Shown piece by piece: positions 1 through 9,925 of a stretch of 64,000 nucleotides of DNA. Source of the DNA: an uncultured Pseudomonadota bacterium. GTDB taxonomy: Bacteria > Oederibacteriota > Muellerivitia > Muellerivitales > Muellerivitaceae. The stretch lies in contig CAWIIP010000001.1 in the NCBI GenBank assembly GCA_963836235.1, forward strand, positions 320,001 to 384,000, given 5' to 3'. The position numbers and the translations under genes were made by a program. The notes below the pieces were generated by a model that was not told the origin of the DNA, made no database searches, and saw nothing but the letters and a program-made list of their open reading frames with translations. Position 1 is the first letter of the stretch. Every line of letters starts with the position of its first letter.

Positions 1-72
1 CTGGGAAATAGATGTTTCTTGCCTTGGTTTTAAAGTAAAATCCCACTGAAACACAATCCGATCGGAGTTTTC

Positions 73-1491
73 ATGAAGTCCCAGTTGCCCGAAGTGCTTA
101 TTGTTGGCCGTCCTAATGTTGGAAAATCCACCCTTTTTAACCGTTTAGCGGGCAAATCCCTGGCCCTGGTCGACAATCAACCCGGTTCCACCCGGGATTT
201 GAAAAGTTTCGATATTGAATGGAACGGGGTTCACTTTATCGTTACCGATTCCGGGGGATGGGTTCCAGGTGAGAAGGAATCCATTGCCATGAAGGTCGGT
301 GCCATGCTGGAAGGCAAAATGAATGCCGTTTCGGCTTTGGTGCTGGTGGTGGATGGATTGGACGGCATTACTCCGGACGATATTGTTATCTCCCGAAATA
401 TTCGGAAATACGGGATTCCTACCTGGTTGGTGGTTAATAAGGCGGATCAGTATGAAAAACAGTCGGAAGCGGCGGCTGATTTCGTTAAGCTTGGTTTTGA
501 CCAATGTTTTCCGTTATCGGCAATGCATGGCATCGGATTGGACGACTTCCTGGATTCCTTGACGGCCGCCCTTGAAAAAATACCAGCCAAAAAAACCGGC
601 CCGGAAGCTGAAAAACCCCGGGCTCTTAGAATCGCTATTTTGGGTAAACCCAATGTGGGAAAGTCTTCTTTGGTGAATGCTATATCGGGTAAAAAGGGCC
701 TTTTGGTCGACGATTTGCCGGGAACCACCCACGATGCCATCCCGGTCATCATTGAAACCGAGGAAGAGCCCTTGGTGATGGTGGATACGGCAGGCATCCG
801 GCAACCCAAACAACAGGACAGCCGTATTGAACATCTCAGTGTTGAACAAGCCCTTTACGAGCTTCAAACCTGCCAAGTGGCCTTCATGCTCTTGGATGGA
901 GAAAAAGGCATCACCCACCAGGATGTGGCTATCAGCCGGATTATCGGCGAGGCTTTCAGGCCGGTGGTGATTCTTATCAACAAGTGGGATATCCATCCCC
1001 CGGCGGCCGAGCAAGCCCGGGCTGAGCGGATTACCAAGAGGGAACTACGACAGATTCAATTCGCTCCCGTCCTCTTTATTTCGGCCAAAACCGGCCAAAA
1101 CCTAGAGAAAGTCCTTTCGATGGCTTATTCGGTCTACGAGGAAAGTCTTAAAAAGATTCCGACGCGAAAGGTGAACCTGGCTCTTCAAGAAGCGATTTCA
1201 CGGCAAGCTCCTCCTTTTCGTAAGGGAAGCCAAATTAAAGTACTCTATGGTTACCAAAGAGTGGGTCACCCACCGGCTTTTGAGGTTATGGTCAACCAAG
1301 CGGCCAGCGCTTCGCCAGCCTATATGCGTTATCTGGAAGCGGAACTTCGCAAGGCATTCGAGATGGAGTCCACTCCGATGCAAGTTGTTCTAAAAGAAAA
1401 GGCTGATACACATGAGCATAAGAAGAAAACTTTTAAGCGAAACTTTAATCCGACCAAACATCGTTACAAAGCCCCCAGTAAAGACGCGTAA
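73..1491 (+). CDS. der: Ribosome biogenesis GTPase Der (EngA)
   Basis: Two tandem G domains (GRPNVGKS...DSGG...NKAD and GKPNVGKS...DTAG...NKWD) plus a C-terminal KH-like domain; der-plsY-gpsA synteny. Confidence 0.95.
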   Translation: MKSQLPEVLIVGRPNVGKSTLFNRLAGKSLALVDNQPGSTRDLKSFDIEWNGVHFIVTDSGGWVPGEKESIAMKVGAMLEGKMNAVSALVLVVDGLDGITPDDIVISRNIRKYGIPTWLVVNKADQYEKQSEAAADFVKLGFDQCFPLSAMHGIGLDDFLDSLTAALEKIPAKKTGPEAEKPRALRIAILGKPNVGKSSLVNAISGKKGLLVDDLPGTTHDAIPVIIETEEEPLVMVDTAGIRQPKQQDSRIEHLSVEQALYELQTCQVAFMLLDGEKGITHQDVAISRIIGEAFRPVVILINKWDIHPPAAEQARAERITKRELRQIQFAPVLFISAKTGQNLEKVLSMAYSVYEESLKKIPTRKVNLALQEAISRQAPPFRKGSQIKVLYGYQRVGHPPAFEVMVNQAASASPAYMRYLEAELRKAFEMESTPMQVVLKEKADTHEHKKKTFKRNFNPTKHRYKAPSKDA

Positions 1492-1502
1492 CCGGGAGAA
1501 AC

Positions 1503-2117
1503 ATGCTTAACCCGTTTATTTCGATTGCGATAGCTTATTTTTTGGGATCCATCCCTTTCGGGTTTTTACTGGTGAAATGGGTAAAGGGTGTCGATGTTCG
1601 TGCTCAAGGGAGCGGTAATATCGGCATGACCAACGTATGGCGGGTCGCCGGAGCCGGGTGGGGAATAGCCACTTTGGTCTTAGATATAGGAAAGGCCACT
1701 TTGGCTGTCTGGCTTTCTCGGGTGTTAAACCCCGGTAACGACCCGGTGGTAGTTTTAGGTGGTTTGGGAGTTCTCTTGGGCAATGTCTTTTCGATTTTCC
1801 TCAACTTCAAAGGGGGCAAAGGCATTGGAGTGAGTGTGGGGGTCTTTTTTAGCCTTTTACCTTTGGAAAGCGCGGTCGGAACTGGATTGTTTTTAATCGC
1901 GCTTCTTTTGACTCGGATGATTTCGGTTGGAAGTCTCTTGGGGGTTACGGTGATGGCGGCACTGAGCCTTTATCATGAAAAGGGGATCACTTGGTATTCG
2001 GGACTGGCCTTAGCCGCAACTGGGATGATCTGGTGGACGCACCGGGAAAACATCAAAAGAATCTTGAAGGGCACAGAACGTAAAATTGAAAAAAATAAAC
2101 CGGTGGAAAAAACATGA
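1503..2117 (+). CDS. plsY: Glycerol-3-phosphate acyltransferase PlsY
   Basis: YFLGSIPFG, GSGNIGMTNVWR, FKGGKG and HRENIKR motifs; hydrophobic. Confidence 0.95.
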   Translation: MLNPFISIAIAYFLGSIPFGFLLVKWVKGVDVRAQGSGNIGMTNVWRVAGAGWGIATLVLDIGKATLAVWLSRVLNPGNDPVVVLGGLGVLLGNVFSIFLNFKGGKGIGVSVGVFFSLLPLESAVGTGLFLIALLLTRMISVGSLLGVTVMAALSLYHEKGITWYSGLALAATGMIWWTHRENIKRILKGTERKIEKNKPVEKT

Positions 2118-3118
2118 AATTATGTGTTTTAGGGGCTGGAAGCTGGGGAATCGCTTTAAGCCTACATTTGAAACGTGCGGGCCATGAAGTGGTTCTGTGG
2201 GATCATGACTCGACTAAGGCTGAGCGATTGGCCCAGGAAAGAGAGAATAAAAAGCTCCTGCCGGGTGTTCTGCTTCCGCAGGAGGTTGTGATCACTGCTG
2301 TGATGGGTAAGGCCTTGGCTGGAAGGGAAGGGGTGGTTATCGCGGTTCCTTCCCATGCGGTCCGGGATGCGGCGGTTAAGGCATTGGAGTTTTGGCCGGT
2401 AGGCGCATGGGTGGTTTGTGCCAGCAAAGGGTTGGAGGAAGATTCACATTTACGTCTCAGCGAAGTATTGAAGCGAAACTTAAATAATGATGTGCCAATC
2501 GCTGTTTTATCAGGACCAAGTCACGCTGAAGAAGTCTCGCGTAAAATGCCGACAACTGTCGTTGCGGCCTCGGCGCATACCGACTTTTCGGAAAAAATTC
2601 AGGAGTGTTTTCATTCCGATTATTTTCGGGTTTATACTTCCAACGACGTGATCGGGGTGGAATTGGGTGGGGCGCTCAAAAATATCATCGCAATTGCCGC
2701 GGGCATTACGGACGGTTTGGGGCTGGGCGACAATTCCAAAGCGGCCATCATGACCCGCGGTCTTCATGAAATCACCCGCCTTGGTGTAGCTTTAGGGGCT
2801 CAGGCGCAAACTTTCGCCGGTTTAGCCGGAATGGGGGACTTGATCGTCACCTGTACTAGCCGCCATAGCCGCAACCGGCTCTTGGGCGAAAAAATGGGAA
2901 AGGGAGTCGCCTTGGACCAGGCCTTAAAAGAGATGGTCATGGTGGCCGAGGGGATGAAAACTTCCCACGCAGCCCTGGAATTGGCGCGTCAATTTAAAGT
3001 GGAAGTGCCCATTATCCAGGAAGTATACGAAGTTCTTTTTAAAGGGAAATCCGCGAAGGAAGCGGCCAAATCCCTCTTATCCCGTTCGGCTAAACCCGAG
3101 CAGGAATCATTAATTTGA
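2114..3118 (+). CDS. gpsA: NAD(P)H-dependent glycerol-3-phosphate dehydrogenase
   Basis: GAGSWG, SGPSHA, GGALKNIIAIAAG and GDLIVTCTSRHSRN motifs. Confidence 0.95.
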   Translation: MKLCVLGAGSWGIALSLHLKRAGHEVVLWDHDSTKAERLAQERENKKLLPGVLLPQEVVITAVMGKALAGREGVVIAVPSHAVRDAAVKALEFWPVGAWVVCASKGLEEDSHLRLSEVLKRNLNNDVPIAVLSGPSHAEEVSRKMPTTVVAASAHTDFSEKIQECFHSDYFRVYTSNDVIGVELGGALKNIIAIAAGITDGLGLGDNSKAAIMTRGLHEITRLGVALGAQAQTFAGLAGMGDLIVTCTSRHSRNRLLGEKMGKGVALDQALKEMVMVAEGMKTSHAALELARQFKVEVPIIQEVYEVLFKGKSAKEAAKSLLSRSAKPEQESLI

Positions 3119-3134
3119 CCTTTGGGGCTTATCT

Positions 3135-3407
3135 TTGACCCGTAAAGATTTAATAAAAAGTCTTACCCGCTTAGGACTCACGGAACGCCAATCTAACTTG
3201 GCGGTTGATAGTTTTTTTAACGCGATTGTGACCGCCTTGCTGGAGGAGAAAAAAGTTTCTATAGTAGGTTTGGGGACCTGGGAATGGAGACAAAGGCGGG
3301 CCCGATTAGCCCGTAATCCAAAAACGGGGAAAAGGGTCCCCTTGCCAGCACGAAAGGTGCTGTTTTTTAAGCCGGGGCCACTGTTTAAAAAAAGGTTGAA
3401 AGACTAA
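3135..3407 (+). CDS. HU/IHF family DNA-binding protein (probably IHF alpha)
   Basis: GLGTW...ARNPKTG...FKPG motif; followed by a MerR gene and tRNA-Pro, as in the usual ihfA locus. Confidence 0.85.
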   Translation: MTRKDLIKSLTRLGLTERQSNLAVDSFFNAIVTALLEEKKVSIVGLGTWEWRQRRARLARNPKTGKRVPLPARKVLFFKPGPLFKKRLKD

Positions 3408-3443
3408 TTGTCGTTAAATTCTTCGATTGTTTTGGGGGACTGG

Positions 3444-3914
3444 ATGACCGAGGAAGAAAAGTTATTTTACACGATTGGTGAAGTCGCTCAAATTGTTGAC
3501 GTAAAGCCTTATGTTTTAAGGTATTGGGAAACGGAGTTTCGGAAACTGAATCCTCAAAAATCCGTAACGGGCCAAAGAGCTTATCGTCAAAGGGACTTAC
3601 GGGTGGCCCTAACCATTAAGCGGCTCTTATATGAAGAACAATACACCATAGCCGGAGCCATTAAAAAGCTTGAGGAATTGGATGAAAAACAAGGTTTAGA
3701 CCCTTTGAAAAACTTAGGTACTTTCGACCCGATCCAACCCGAAACGGCGCACCCGCCTTTGGGGGAAGAACTTTTGCCCGAAGAAAACCCTGTGTCATCT
3801 CAGAAAATCGTATCGTCAATGGAGCCTTCTTCTCCTTCTCCAGAGAAAGTTTTGGAGCTGAAAAAGTTGATTTCCGCTACGAATGAAATTTTTAAAAGAC
3901 ATGATTTGGCCTAA
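3444..3914 (+). CDS. MerR family transcriptional regulator
   Basis: [27 protein letters not shown]; ATG at 3444 preferred over TTG at 3408. Confidence 0.85.
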   Translation: MTEEEKLFYTIGEVAQIVDVKPYVLRYWETEFRKLNPQKSVTGQRAYRQRDLRVALTIKRLLYEEQYTIAGAIKKLEELDEKQGLDPLKNLGTFDPIQPETAHPPLGEELLPEENPVSSQKIVSSMEPSSPSPEKVLELKKLISATNEIFKRHDLA

Positions 3915-4003
3915 AAAGCGCTGGTTTAAATCCCTTCTTTTCTTGAACAGGGCCTTCATTTAACTTATATTATCCATCCCTTTGGGGACTGTGGTTTTCT
4001 GGA

Positions 4004-4079
<76 letters not shown>

Positions 4080-4152
4080 GAAAACTATTCTGGCTTGGTC
4101 TTATGATCAACCCAGTTTTTCCCAGGGGAAAACTTTCAAATTGAACGGTCAT

Positions 4153-4229
4153 CGGGGCGTGGCGCAGCTCGGTAGCGCAGTTGCATGGGGTGCAAAAGGT
4201 CGCAGGTTCAAATCCTGCCGCCCCGACCA
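4153..4229 (+). tRNA. tRNA-Pro(GGG)
   Basis: Acceptor stem CGGGGCG/CGCCCCG, anticodon loop ATGGGGT, GGTTCAAATCC, encoded CCA. Confidence 0.93.
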
Positions 4230-4438
4230 TCTTTTTTGAAAGCGTAAACAGGTTCTTGGGATGTAAGTTTATTTGCGAAAGCCCATCTTTTTTCCACGCC
4301 ATTTTTCTTTCAATCATTTATAAAACTGCGGTTCTTATGTGTGCCCGTCTTTACCACAATTTTTCGAAAAGTCAAAAAAAAGCCCAAAATATTCAAAAAT
4401 CTGACAATTCTTCTTTGATTTTGAGGATTTGATGAAAC

Positions 4439-4714
4439 ATGTTTAACGCTTTTACTGGAACTATCAAAGGTCGCGTGCAGGGAGTGGGATTCCGCTATTT
4501 CGCTAAAAACGCAGCTGATGAGCTGGATTTAACAGGTTGGGTGCGTAATTTAGGTGACGGAAACGTTGAAATTCTTGCAAAAGGACCAATCCAAGTATTG
4601 GAACAGTTTATGCAGAAGTTAATGATAGGTCCGCTTGGTAGTCGAGTTGAAAGTACCCATTTCTACTGGCTTCAAGAACCTGAAGAATTCATGAGGTTTG
4701 AAATTCGAGGATAA
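4439..4714 (+). CDS. acyP: Acylphosphatase
   Basis: GRVQGVGFR and GWVRN motifs, 91 aa. Confidence 0.93.
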   Translation: MFNAFTGTIKGRVQGVGFRYFAKNAADELDLTGWVRNLGDGNVEILAKGPIQVLEQFMQKLMIGPLGSRVESTHFYWLQEPEEFMRFEIRG

Positions 4715-4723
4715 ACGGGTCCC

Positions 4724-5695
4724 TTGATGAAAACCAAAAATCGATTAAAACTTAAAACCAAATCCACCCGCCATATCATCGCGCCCTTAATCCCGATTGC
4801 CGAGAAAAAAAAGAAACTTTTTGTTAGTGAACTTCAACCCCACCAAAGAGTCACTACGGATAGCCTGAAGCTTTATTTTCGGGAAATCTCAAGAGTCAAA
4901 TTGTTAACGGGTCCTGAAGAAGTGGTCTTAGCTAAACGGATTGAAAAAGGGGATATGAAAGCCAAACAAATGCTGATTTCCGCTAATCTTCGCTTGGTCA
5001 TCCAAGTCGCGAAAAAATACATGAACCAAGGACTCGCTTTCCAAGACCTCATTGAAGAAGGGAATCTGGGGCTAATTAAAGCCAGCGAAAAATTTTCCTG
5101 GCGAAGGGGATTTAAGTTCAGCACTTACGCGACTTGGTGGATCCGCCAGTCGGTTACGAGGGCGCTATCCAACCAATCGAGGACTGTCCGGGTTCCAGTA
5201 CATGTTTCCGAAGACATCAATCGGGTTCAAAGGATTTCCCGGGATTTGACCCGCAAACTGGGCCGTGACCCTAATATGATGGAAATTTCGAAAGCCACCA
5301 AATTAAAATTCGATAAGATTCACAAACTTCAACGTTTGGCCCAACGTGACATCTCCCTTGAAGTGCCGGTCGGGGATGAATCCAATTCCAAGTCCATTGG
5401 GGACTTCATCGAAGACAAGTCTGTCGCTAGCCCGGCCCAAAATGTCTTCGACCAATTACGGACAGAGAAATTGAAACGCCTTATCTTCAACCTGAACGAC
5501 AAGGAACAAAAAGTCATTTTGATGCGCTTTGGATTTGACCAGGATCAGCCTAAAACCCTGGAACAGGCCGGTCATGTTTTGGGTGTAACCCGTGAAAGAA
5601 TCCGCCAAATTGAGGAAAAAGCCCTTCAAAAAATCAGATCCCTGATGAAATCCAACGGCACAGAATATCGTGAACTTTTAAACGAATTTGTGTAA
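4724..5695 (+). CDS. RNA polymerase sigma-70 family factor (RpoD/RpoS-like, no region 1.1)
   Basis: ANLRLVIQVAKKY, DLIEEGNLGL, FSTYATWWIRQ and TRERIRQIE motifs. Confidence 0.9.
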   Translation: MMKTKNRLKLKTKSTRHIIAPLIPIAEKKKKLFVSELQPHQRVTTDSLKLYFREISRVKLLTGPEEVVLAKRIEKGDMKAKQMLISANLRLVIQVAKKYMNQGLAFQDLIEEGNLGLIKASEKFSWRRGFKFSTYATWWIRQSVTRALSNQSRTVRVPVHVSEDINRVQRISRDLTRKLGRDPNMMEISKATKLKFDKIHKLQRLAQRDISLEVPVGDESNSKSIGDFIEDKSVASPAQNVFDQLRTEKLKRLIFNLNDKEQKVILMRFGFDQDQPKTLEQAGHVLGVTRERIRQIEEKALQKIRSLMKSNGTEYRELLNEFV

Positions 5696-5771
5696 ACTTC
5701 CTTTCGGCTTTCCCTTTTTCCTTAACTACAAGCATTTCGTATAAAATAAATTCCTTCTCAAAGGATTTCTT

Positions 5772-6284
5772 ATGGATTTTAAATCATTGATCCGTGATGT
5801 TCCGGATTTTCCAAAAAAAGGCATTACTTTCAAGGATATTACCCCCTTGCTGAAGCATCCAAAAGCCTTTCAAGAAGTGATTCAACAGTTGGCTTCCCGA
5901 TATCAAAATCAAAATATTAACGGAATCGTGGCGATGGAATCCCGTGGATTCATTCTGGGCGGGGCCTTAGCGACTCAGATGGGAGTCTCCTTTATCCCAG
6001 TGCGAAAGCCCGGGAAACTTCCTTGGAAGACCTTGCAGGAGACTTATGAACTGGAATATGGGAAGGATACCCTTGAAATTCACGAAGATTCCATTTCCAA
6101 GGGCGACAGAATTTTAATTTTAGACGATGTCTTGGCGACAGGAGGGACGGCCGCCGCGACAATCCGGCTTGTGGAGAGGGCGGGTGGACAGGTGATGGAA
6201 GCTTGTTTTCTTATCCATTTGTCCTTCTTGAACGGACATGAAAAATTGAAAAGCACCCCTATCTACTCTATAATCCACTACTGA
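5772..6284 (+). CDS. apt: Adenine phosphoribosyltransferase
   Basis: [31 protein letters not shown] and DDVLATGGT motifs. Confidence 0.95.
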   Translation: MDFKSLIRDVPDFPKKGITFKDITPLLKHPKAFQEVIQQLASRYQNQNINGIVAMESRGFILGGALATQMGVSFIPVRKPGKLPWKTLQETYELEYGKDTLEIHEDSISKGDRILILDDVLATGGTAAATIRLVERAGGQVMEACFLIHLSFLNGHEKLKSTPIYSIIHY

Positions 6285-6325
6285 TTTTGCCGGGTTTCCC
6301 GACCCTAGAGGGTTCAAAGGAACAG

Positions 6326-6402
6326 GCCCTCGTAGCTCAGTTGGATAGAGCGACTCTTTCCTAAAGAGTAGGTCACGCGTTCGATTCGCGTCGAGGGTAC
6401 CA
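6326..6402 (+). tRNA. tRNA-Arg(CCT)
   Basis: Acceptor GCCCTCG/CGAGGGT, anticodon arm ACTCT-TTCCTAA-AGAGT, GTTCGATTC, encoded CCA. Confidence 0.95.
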
Positions 6403-6410
6403 ACGATGGG

Positions 6411-6441
6411 GCCTTCCCGCGAGGGAAGGCTTCACTTTTTT
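6411..6441 (+). terminator. Intrinsic terminator after tRNA-Arg
   Basis: GCCTTCCC-GCGA-GGGAAGGC hairpin followed by a T-rich tract. Confidence 0.75.
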
Positions 6442-6452
6442 GGGAAAGATTA

Positions 6453-6494
6453 ATGGGAAAGACAGCACGAATCGGAATAAACGGGTTTAATTAA
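6453..6494 (+). pseudogene. Possible remnant of a GAPDH (gap) 5' end
   Basis: Mini-ORF MGKTARIGINGFN* resembles the GAPDH N-terminus (xIGINGFGRIG). Confidence 0.45.
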
Positions 6495-6513
6495 CCTTCA
6501 AAGGACGACATTT

Positions 6514-7212
6514 ATGGCGACTTTTTCAGGAAATTTTCATCCCCACGCGGGAGAAAAGTCGGTTGCTGAAAAGGGCTTGGCTTGGGCCAAAGCCCATCAA
6601 GAAATTGTCGCGGTTTCAGTAATTGTCCTTTTATTGTTGGGAATCGGGATTCCGTACTTCCTTCATAGCCAGGATCAAAACGAAAAAGATGCCCAGGGCG
6701 TTTTAAGTCTTGGACAATATTATCTTCATGCCCAAGTTGACCCCCAAAAAGGGCCTTTTAAAAGTGTTGTTGAAAGAAATCAAAACGCCCTACAAACTTT
6801 TCAAAGAATTTTAACCGATTATTCGGGGACAAAGACCACCAGAATAGCCCGCTATTATGTAGCGAAATGCCAATATGACTTGGGGCAACTTCAACAAGCT
6901 TACGGTAGTTTTGACGCCGCAAGCCAGCAGTTGAAGGACAACCCATTGGGGGATGAGGCTTATTTTGGAAAGATTCTTTGTTTGGAAGCGCAAAACCAAT
7001 TGCCCCAGGCGGCCATTCTGGCCGAGAGTTTTTTAAAAGACCATCCGGATAGTTTTATTGTGGCGCAGCTCAGGTTGAATCTTTCGGATATTTACCTCAA
7101 AAGCAACGACAAAAACAAAGCCCTGGATCAATTGAAACTGGTGTCGAAGGGATTTTCGGATTCTGATTGGGGTAAAGAAGCCGATCGACGACTGAAAGAT
7201 ATCCAGTCCTAA
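6514..7212 (+). CDS. Membrane-anchored TPR protein (YfgM/CpoB-like)
   Basis: N-terminal TM helix, then TPR-like helices (ARYYVAKCQYDLG, AYFGKILCLE, FLKDHPDS). Confidence 0.7.
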   Translation: MATFSGNFHPHAGEKSVAEKGLAWAKAHQEIVAVSVIVLLLLGIGIPYFLHSQDQNEKDAQGVLSLGQYYLHAQVDPQKGPFKSVVERNQNALQTFQRILTDYSGTKTTRIARYYVAKCQYDLGQLQQAYGSFDAASQQLKDNPLGDEAYFGKILCLEAQNQLPQAAILAESFLKDHPDSFIVAQLRLNLSDIYLKSNDKNKALDQLKLVSKGFSDSDWGKEADRRLKDIQS

Positions 7213-8375
7213 AAGCCCTTTTCAGCTAGAAAACGGGCCATGCGACGGGCTCCCTCATGGAAAATTTCTGGTTGGGGTAAAAGGCTGAGCACCAGAAAAC
7301 ATCCACACTCAAAATCATAAAAGCCTCCCGGTTGGATGAAAACCCGCTCTTTTTCCAGCAATGAAATCACCAGATCCGCGTCTTCCACTCCTCCTGTCAT
7401 CACTTCGAGCAAGGCGTACCAACCGCCTTGGGCGGGCCAAACCCTAATGGCCGGTAAATCCTGAAGCAATTGTTCGAGATGGGCCCGGTTGGAAAGGACA
7501 CGCTCGGTCAGTTGTTTTTGGAATTCCGGGGCGAATGCAAAGAGTTCCTGAAGGGCAAGCTGGACCGGTGTTCCGACAGAGAGGTAGGTATCGGCGATGA
7601 GTTCCAGGCGTTCCCGGCATTCCGCCAATCGATCCCCGGGGCCGTCCAGTACCATCCAGGACAACTTCAGCTGGGGCAGGCCCAGGCTCTTGGAAAGCCC
7701 CCCCAGCCGGAAAGAAAGCACTCCTGCCGGCATGCTTTGGGAAACCTGCCGCCCAGGGTAGGCGAATTCCGCGAAGACCTCATCCGAAATGTAAGCTAAT
7801 TCCCGCTTCCGGCAAAATTCGTCGACCATCGCCTGGTCGGTGACGCTTAAAAAACAGCCCGTGGGGTTATTCGGATTAACCACAACCAATCCTTTCACGC
7901 GGCTTTCGAAGGCCCCCTCGAGGCTTTCCAAATCCACTGGCCAAAAGGGAGTTTTTTTGAGGGAATAGGGAAGGGCCTTCACGCCTTCCAGTTGAACCAG
8001 GTGGTCCAGAAGGGGATAACCCGGAGCGGGAACTAGGAAGGAATCCGCAGGATCGGCTAGGAGTTTGAAAAGGTAGGAATAGGCTTCGCTTGTACTGGCA
8101 GTAAGGATGATGTTCTCTTCTCTTACCAGCTGTCCATGAGATTTTAAGTACTTCGCCACCGCCTTGCGGCCTTCCGGATGACCGAAGGGATGGGATTCAT
8201 ATCTCAGGGCCGATGAGGATGCGAGTCCTTTTAGCAGGTCGGGGGGATAGTCGAACCCGCATTGGGTTGGATTAGACTGGGTCAGGTCCAAAAGGGTGCC
8301 GACGGGAATAGTTTCGAGGGTCTTTGAGATAGAATTCGGAGATAAGTCCTGTGGTGTCCGTCGTGAAAATCGCAT
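7209..8375 (-). CDS. PLP-dependent aminotransferase class I/II
   Basis: NPNNPTG, SDEVF and GGLSKSLGLPQLKLSW motifs. Confidence 0.9.
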   Translation of the reverse strand: MRFSRRTPQDLSPNSISKTLETIPVGTLLDLTQSNPTQCGFDYPPDLLKGLASSSALRYESHPFGHPEGRKAVAKYLKSHGQLVREENIILTASTSEAYSYLFKLLADPADSFLVPAPGYPLLDHLVQLEGVKALPYSLKKTPFWPVDLESLEGAFESRVKGLVVVNPNNPTGCFLSVTDQAMVDEFCRKRELAYISDEVFAEFAYPGRQVSQSMPAGVLSFRLGGLSKSLGLPQLKLSWMVLDGPGDRLAECRERLELIADTYLSVGTPVQLALQELFAFAPEFQKQLTERVLSNRAHLEQLLQDLPAIRVWPAQGGWYALLEVMTGGVEDADLVISLLEKERVFIQPGGFYDFECGCFLVLSLLPQPEIFHEGARRMARFLAEKGF

Positions 8376-8833
8376 AAAACCACCCTAAAGTAAAACTTTA
8401 ACCCGTCGTTATTTTACTGATTCTAAAGCTAATTCAACCTTTTACGAGCTAAGGACTCCGGCCATTTTGGAATTTTGGAGGCTTTCCTAATTGGCATTAA
8501 ACCCAAAGGTGGGGTTTGCCAGTAAAAGGCCAGAAAAGATTCCCTTTTGCCCATTGCTGTCTTTGAAATCCCAAAATGTATCGGGTTGAAACATTTCGTT
8601 CCAATCCCATTTTGACCGATTTTGAGTCTCAAGGCAAAAGGTATGAAGATTGGTGACCATTCATAATCGTTCAAAAAAACACTGTTTAAATGTAAAATTG
8701 GCATGTTTTGGTCTCTGTCAAAACGAAAGTTTCGTTTTGGTTTTTTTGAGACCGCGGGAAGCTTCCAATTAAATTTGATAAATAAAGACTTAATCTGGAT
8801 ATTGACGGTTCTTTTTGGCTTTTTTTGGTCCTT

Positions 8834-9895
8834 TCAGTCCTTTTCAGATTTTCCAGGCAGGCCCCTTCGGCCCATGGCTCGGAAGCGCTTGAGGACTGAC
8901 TCAATTCCAAAGAAGCCCCCCAAGTTCAAGGCTTGGACCTTGTCGCCATCTTCGAAGGCCTTGCGGTGAGCCTGGCGGCCCTTGGTGGATGCCAGCTTCA
9001 CGTAATTTTCGCTCACCATGATGCTGGAATGGCCCATCAGATCGCGGATCTCGTAAACGCTAGCGCCTGATTCGGCCAATTGGGTGCCAAAGGAGTGGCG
9101 CAGGACGTGAACCGTTAATTCCTCTGGATGTTCCAGTTTGGCCCATTGGGCGGCTTTCTTGACCCAGGTCTCCAAATAATCAGGGTGAATGGGTTTTTGT
9201 TCGCTACTGGGGCTTGGAAACAGGTATGGGCCAATTTTTTCGGCTCCGTTCAGGTATAGCTTCAAGAGCTCCTTGAGGGCTTCAGTCATGGGGACAATAC
9301 GTTCCTTGTCGCCTTTGCCGATGACCGTGACGAGGCCTTGGGTTAAGTCCAAATCACGGAGCCTCAAATGAGCGATTTCCGAAACTCTCAGCCCGCAGTG
9401 GTAGCCCAGCAGAATCGTCAAACTTATTCTTTGGGACTCTAAATCGCCTGTTTGAAGGTTTTTGACCAAGGTGGCTCGATCCGAAGGGGCTAAAGGACGG
9501 GGATTTCGCTGGGGACTGCGGATGGTCAAGTTGTGGAAGACGGCCGTAGGGTCGTTGGTGATGTGCTGAATGGAGGCCAAGTAACGGTAGAAAGACCGCG
9601 TGGTAGAGAGAATACGCTTCATGGAACGCGTCGAATAGCCCGATCTGGCTTTACCGCTGGGGGTTAATCCGGCCTTGGCCAAGGAACCGGCGAAACGAAC
9701 CATATGCTCGGGTTGGGCGGCAGCCGGACTTGATAGGTTCAAGCTGTCCAAGAATTGCTTGAGAACCCGGAGATCCTGCTGGTAATTTTCTTTGGTGTGG
9801 GGAGATTTGCAAAACCCCAAAAAGCCGTCATAGGGCTTTATTTCAAGCAGATTGGGCAGGATTTGTTTTCGATTTGGTTCGGGTCGTGGGGTCAT
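8834..9895 (-). CDS. Tyrosine recombinase, XerC/XerD-like
   Basis: N-terminal SAM-like domain; catalytic R (GLRVSE), K (GKGDKER), HxxR (HVLRH), H (MGHSS) and Y (ENYV) all intact. Confidence 0.92.
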   Translation of the reverse strand: MTPRPEPNRKQILPNLLEIKPYDGFLGFCKSPHTKENYQQDLRVLKQFLDSLNLSSPAAAQPEHMVRFAGSLAKAGLTPSGKARSGYSTRSMKRILSTTRSFYRYLASIQHITNDPTAVFHNLTIRSPQRNPRPLAPSDRATLVKNLQTGDLESQRISLTILLGYHCGLRVSEIAHLRLRDLDLTQGLVTVIGKGDKERIVPMTEALKELLKLYLNGAEKIGPYLFPSPSSEQKPIHPDYLETWVKKAAQWAKLEHPEELTVHVLRHSFGTQLAESGASVYEIRDLMGHSSIMVSENYVKLASTKGRQAHRKAFEDGDKVQALNLGGFFGIESVLKRFRAMGRRGLPGKSEKD

Positions 9896-9897
9896 AA

Positions 9898-9925
9898 GTT
9901 CGGTATATCTGTAATTATACCGAAC
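9898..9925. other. loxP/dif-like recombination site candidate
   Basis: GTTCGGTATA-TCTGTAAT-TATACCGAAC: perfect 10-bp inverted arms around an 8-bp spacer, 2 bp from the recombinase start codon. Confidence 0.65.

Noticed and set aside
8834-9895. Assigning this recombinase as the array's enzyme
   Set aside because: It is 41 kb away and has its own adjacent site with different arms (GTTCGGTATA vs GTTGTCCACGAC). Not excluded, but unsupported.
6326-9925. tRNA-Arg-anchored integrative island using the nearby recombinase
   Set aside because: No duplicated tRNA 3' end seen downstream, and the intervening genes look like ordinary chromosomal genes
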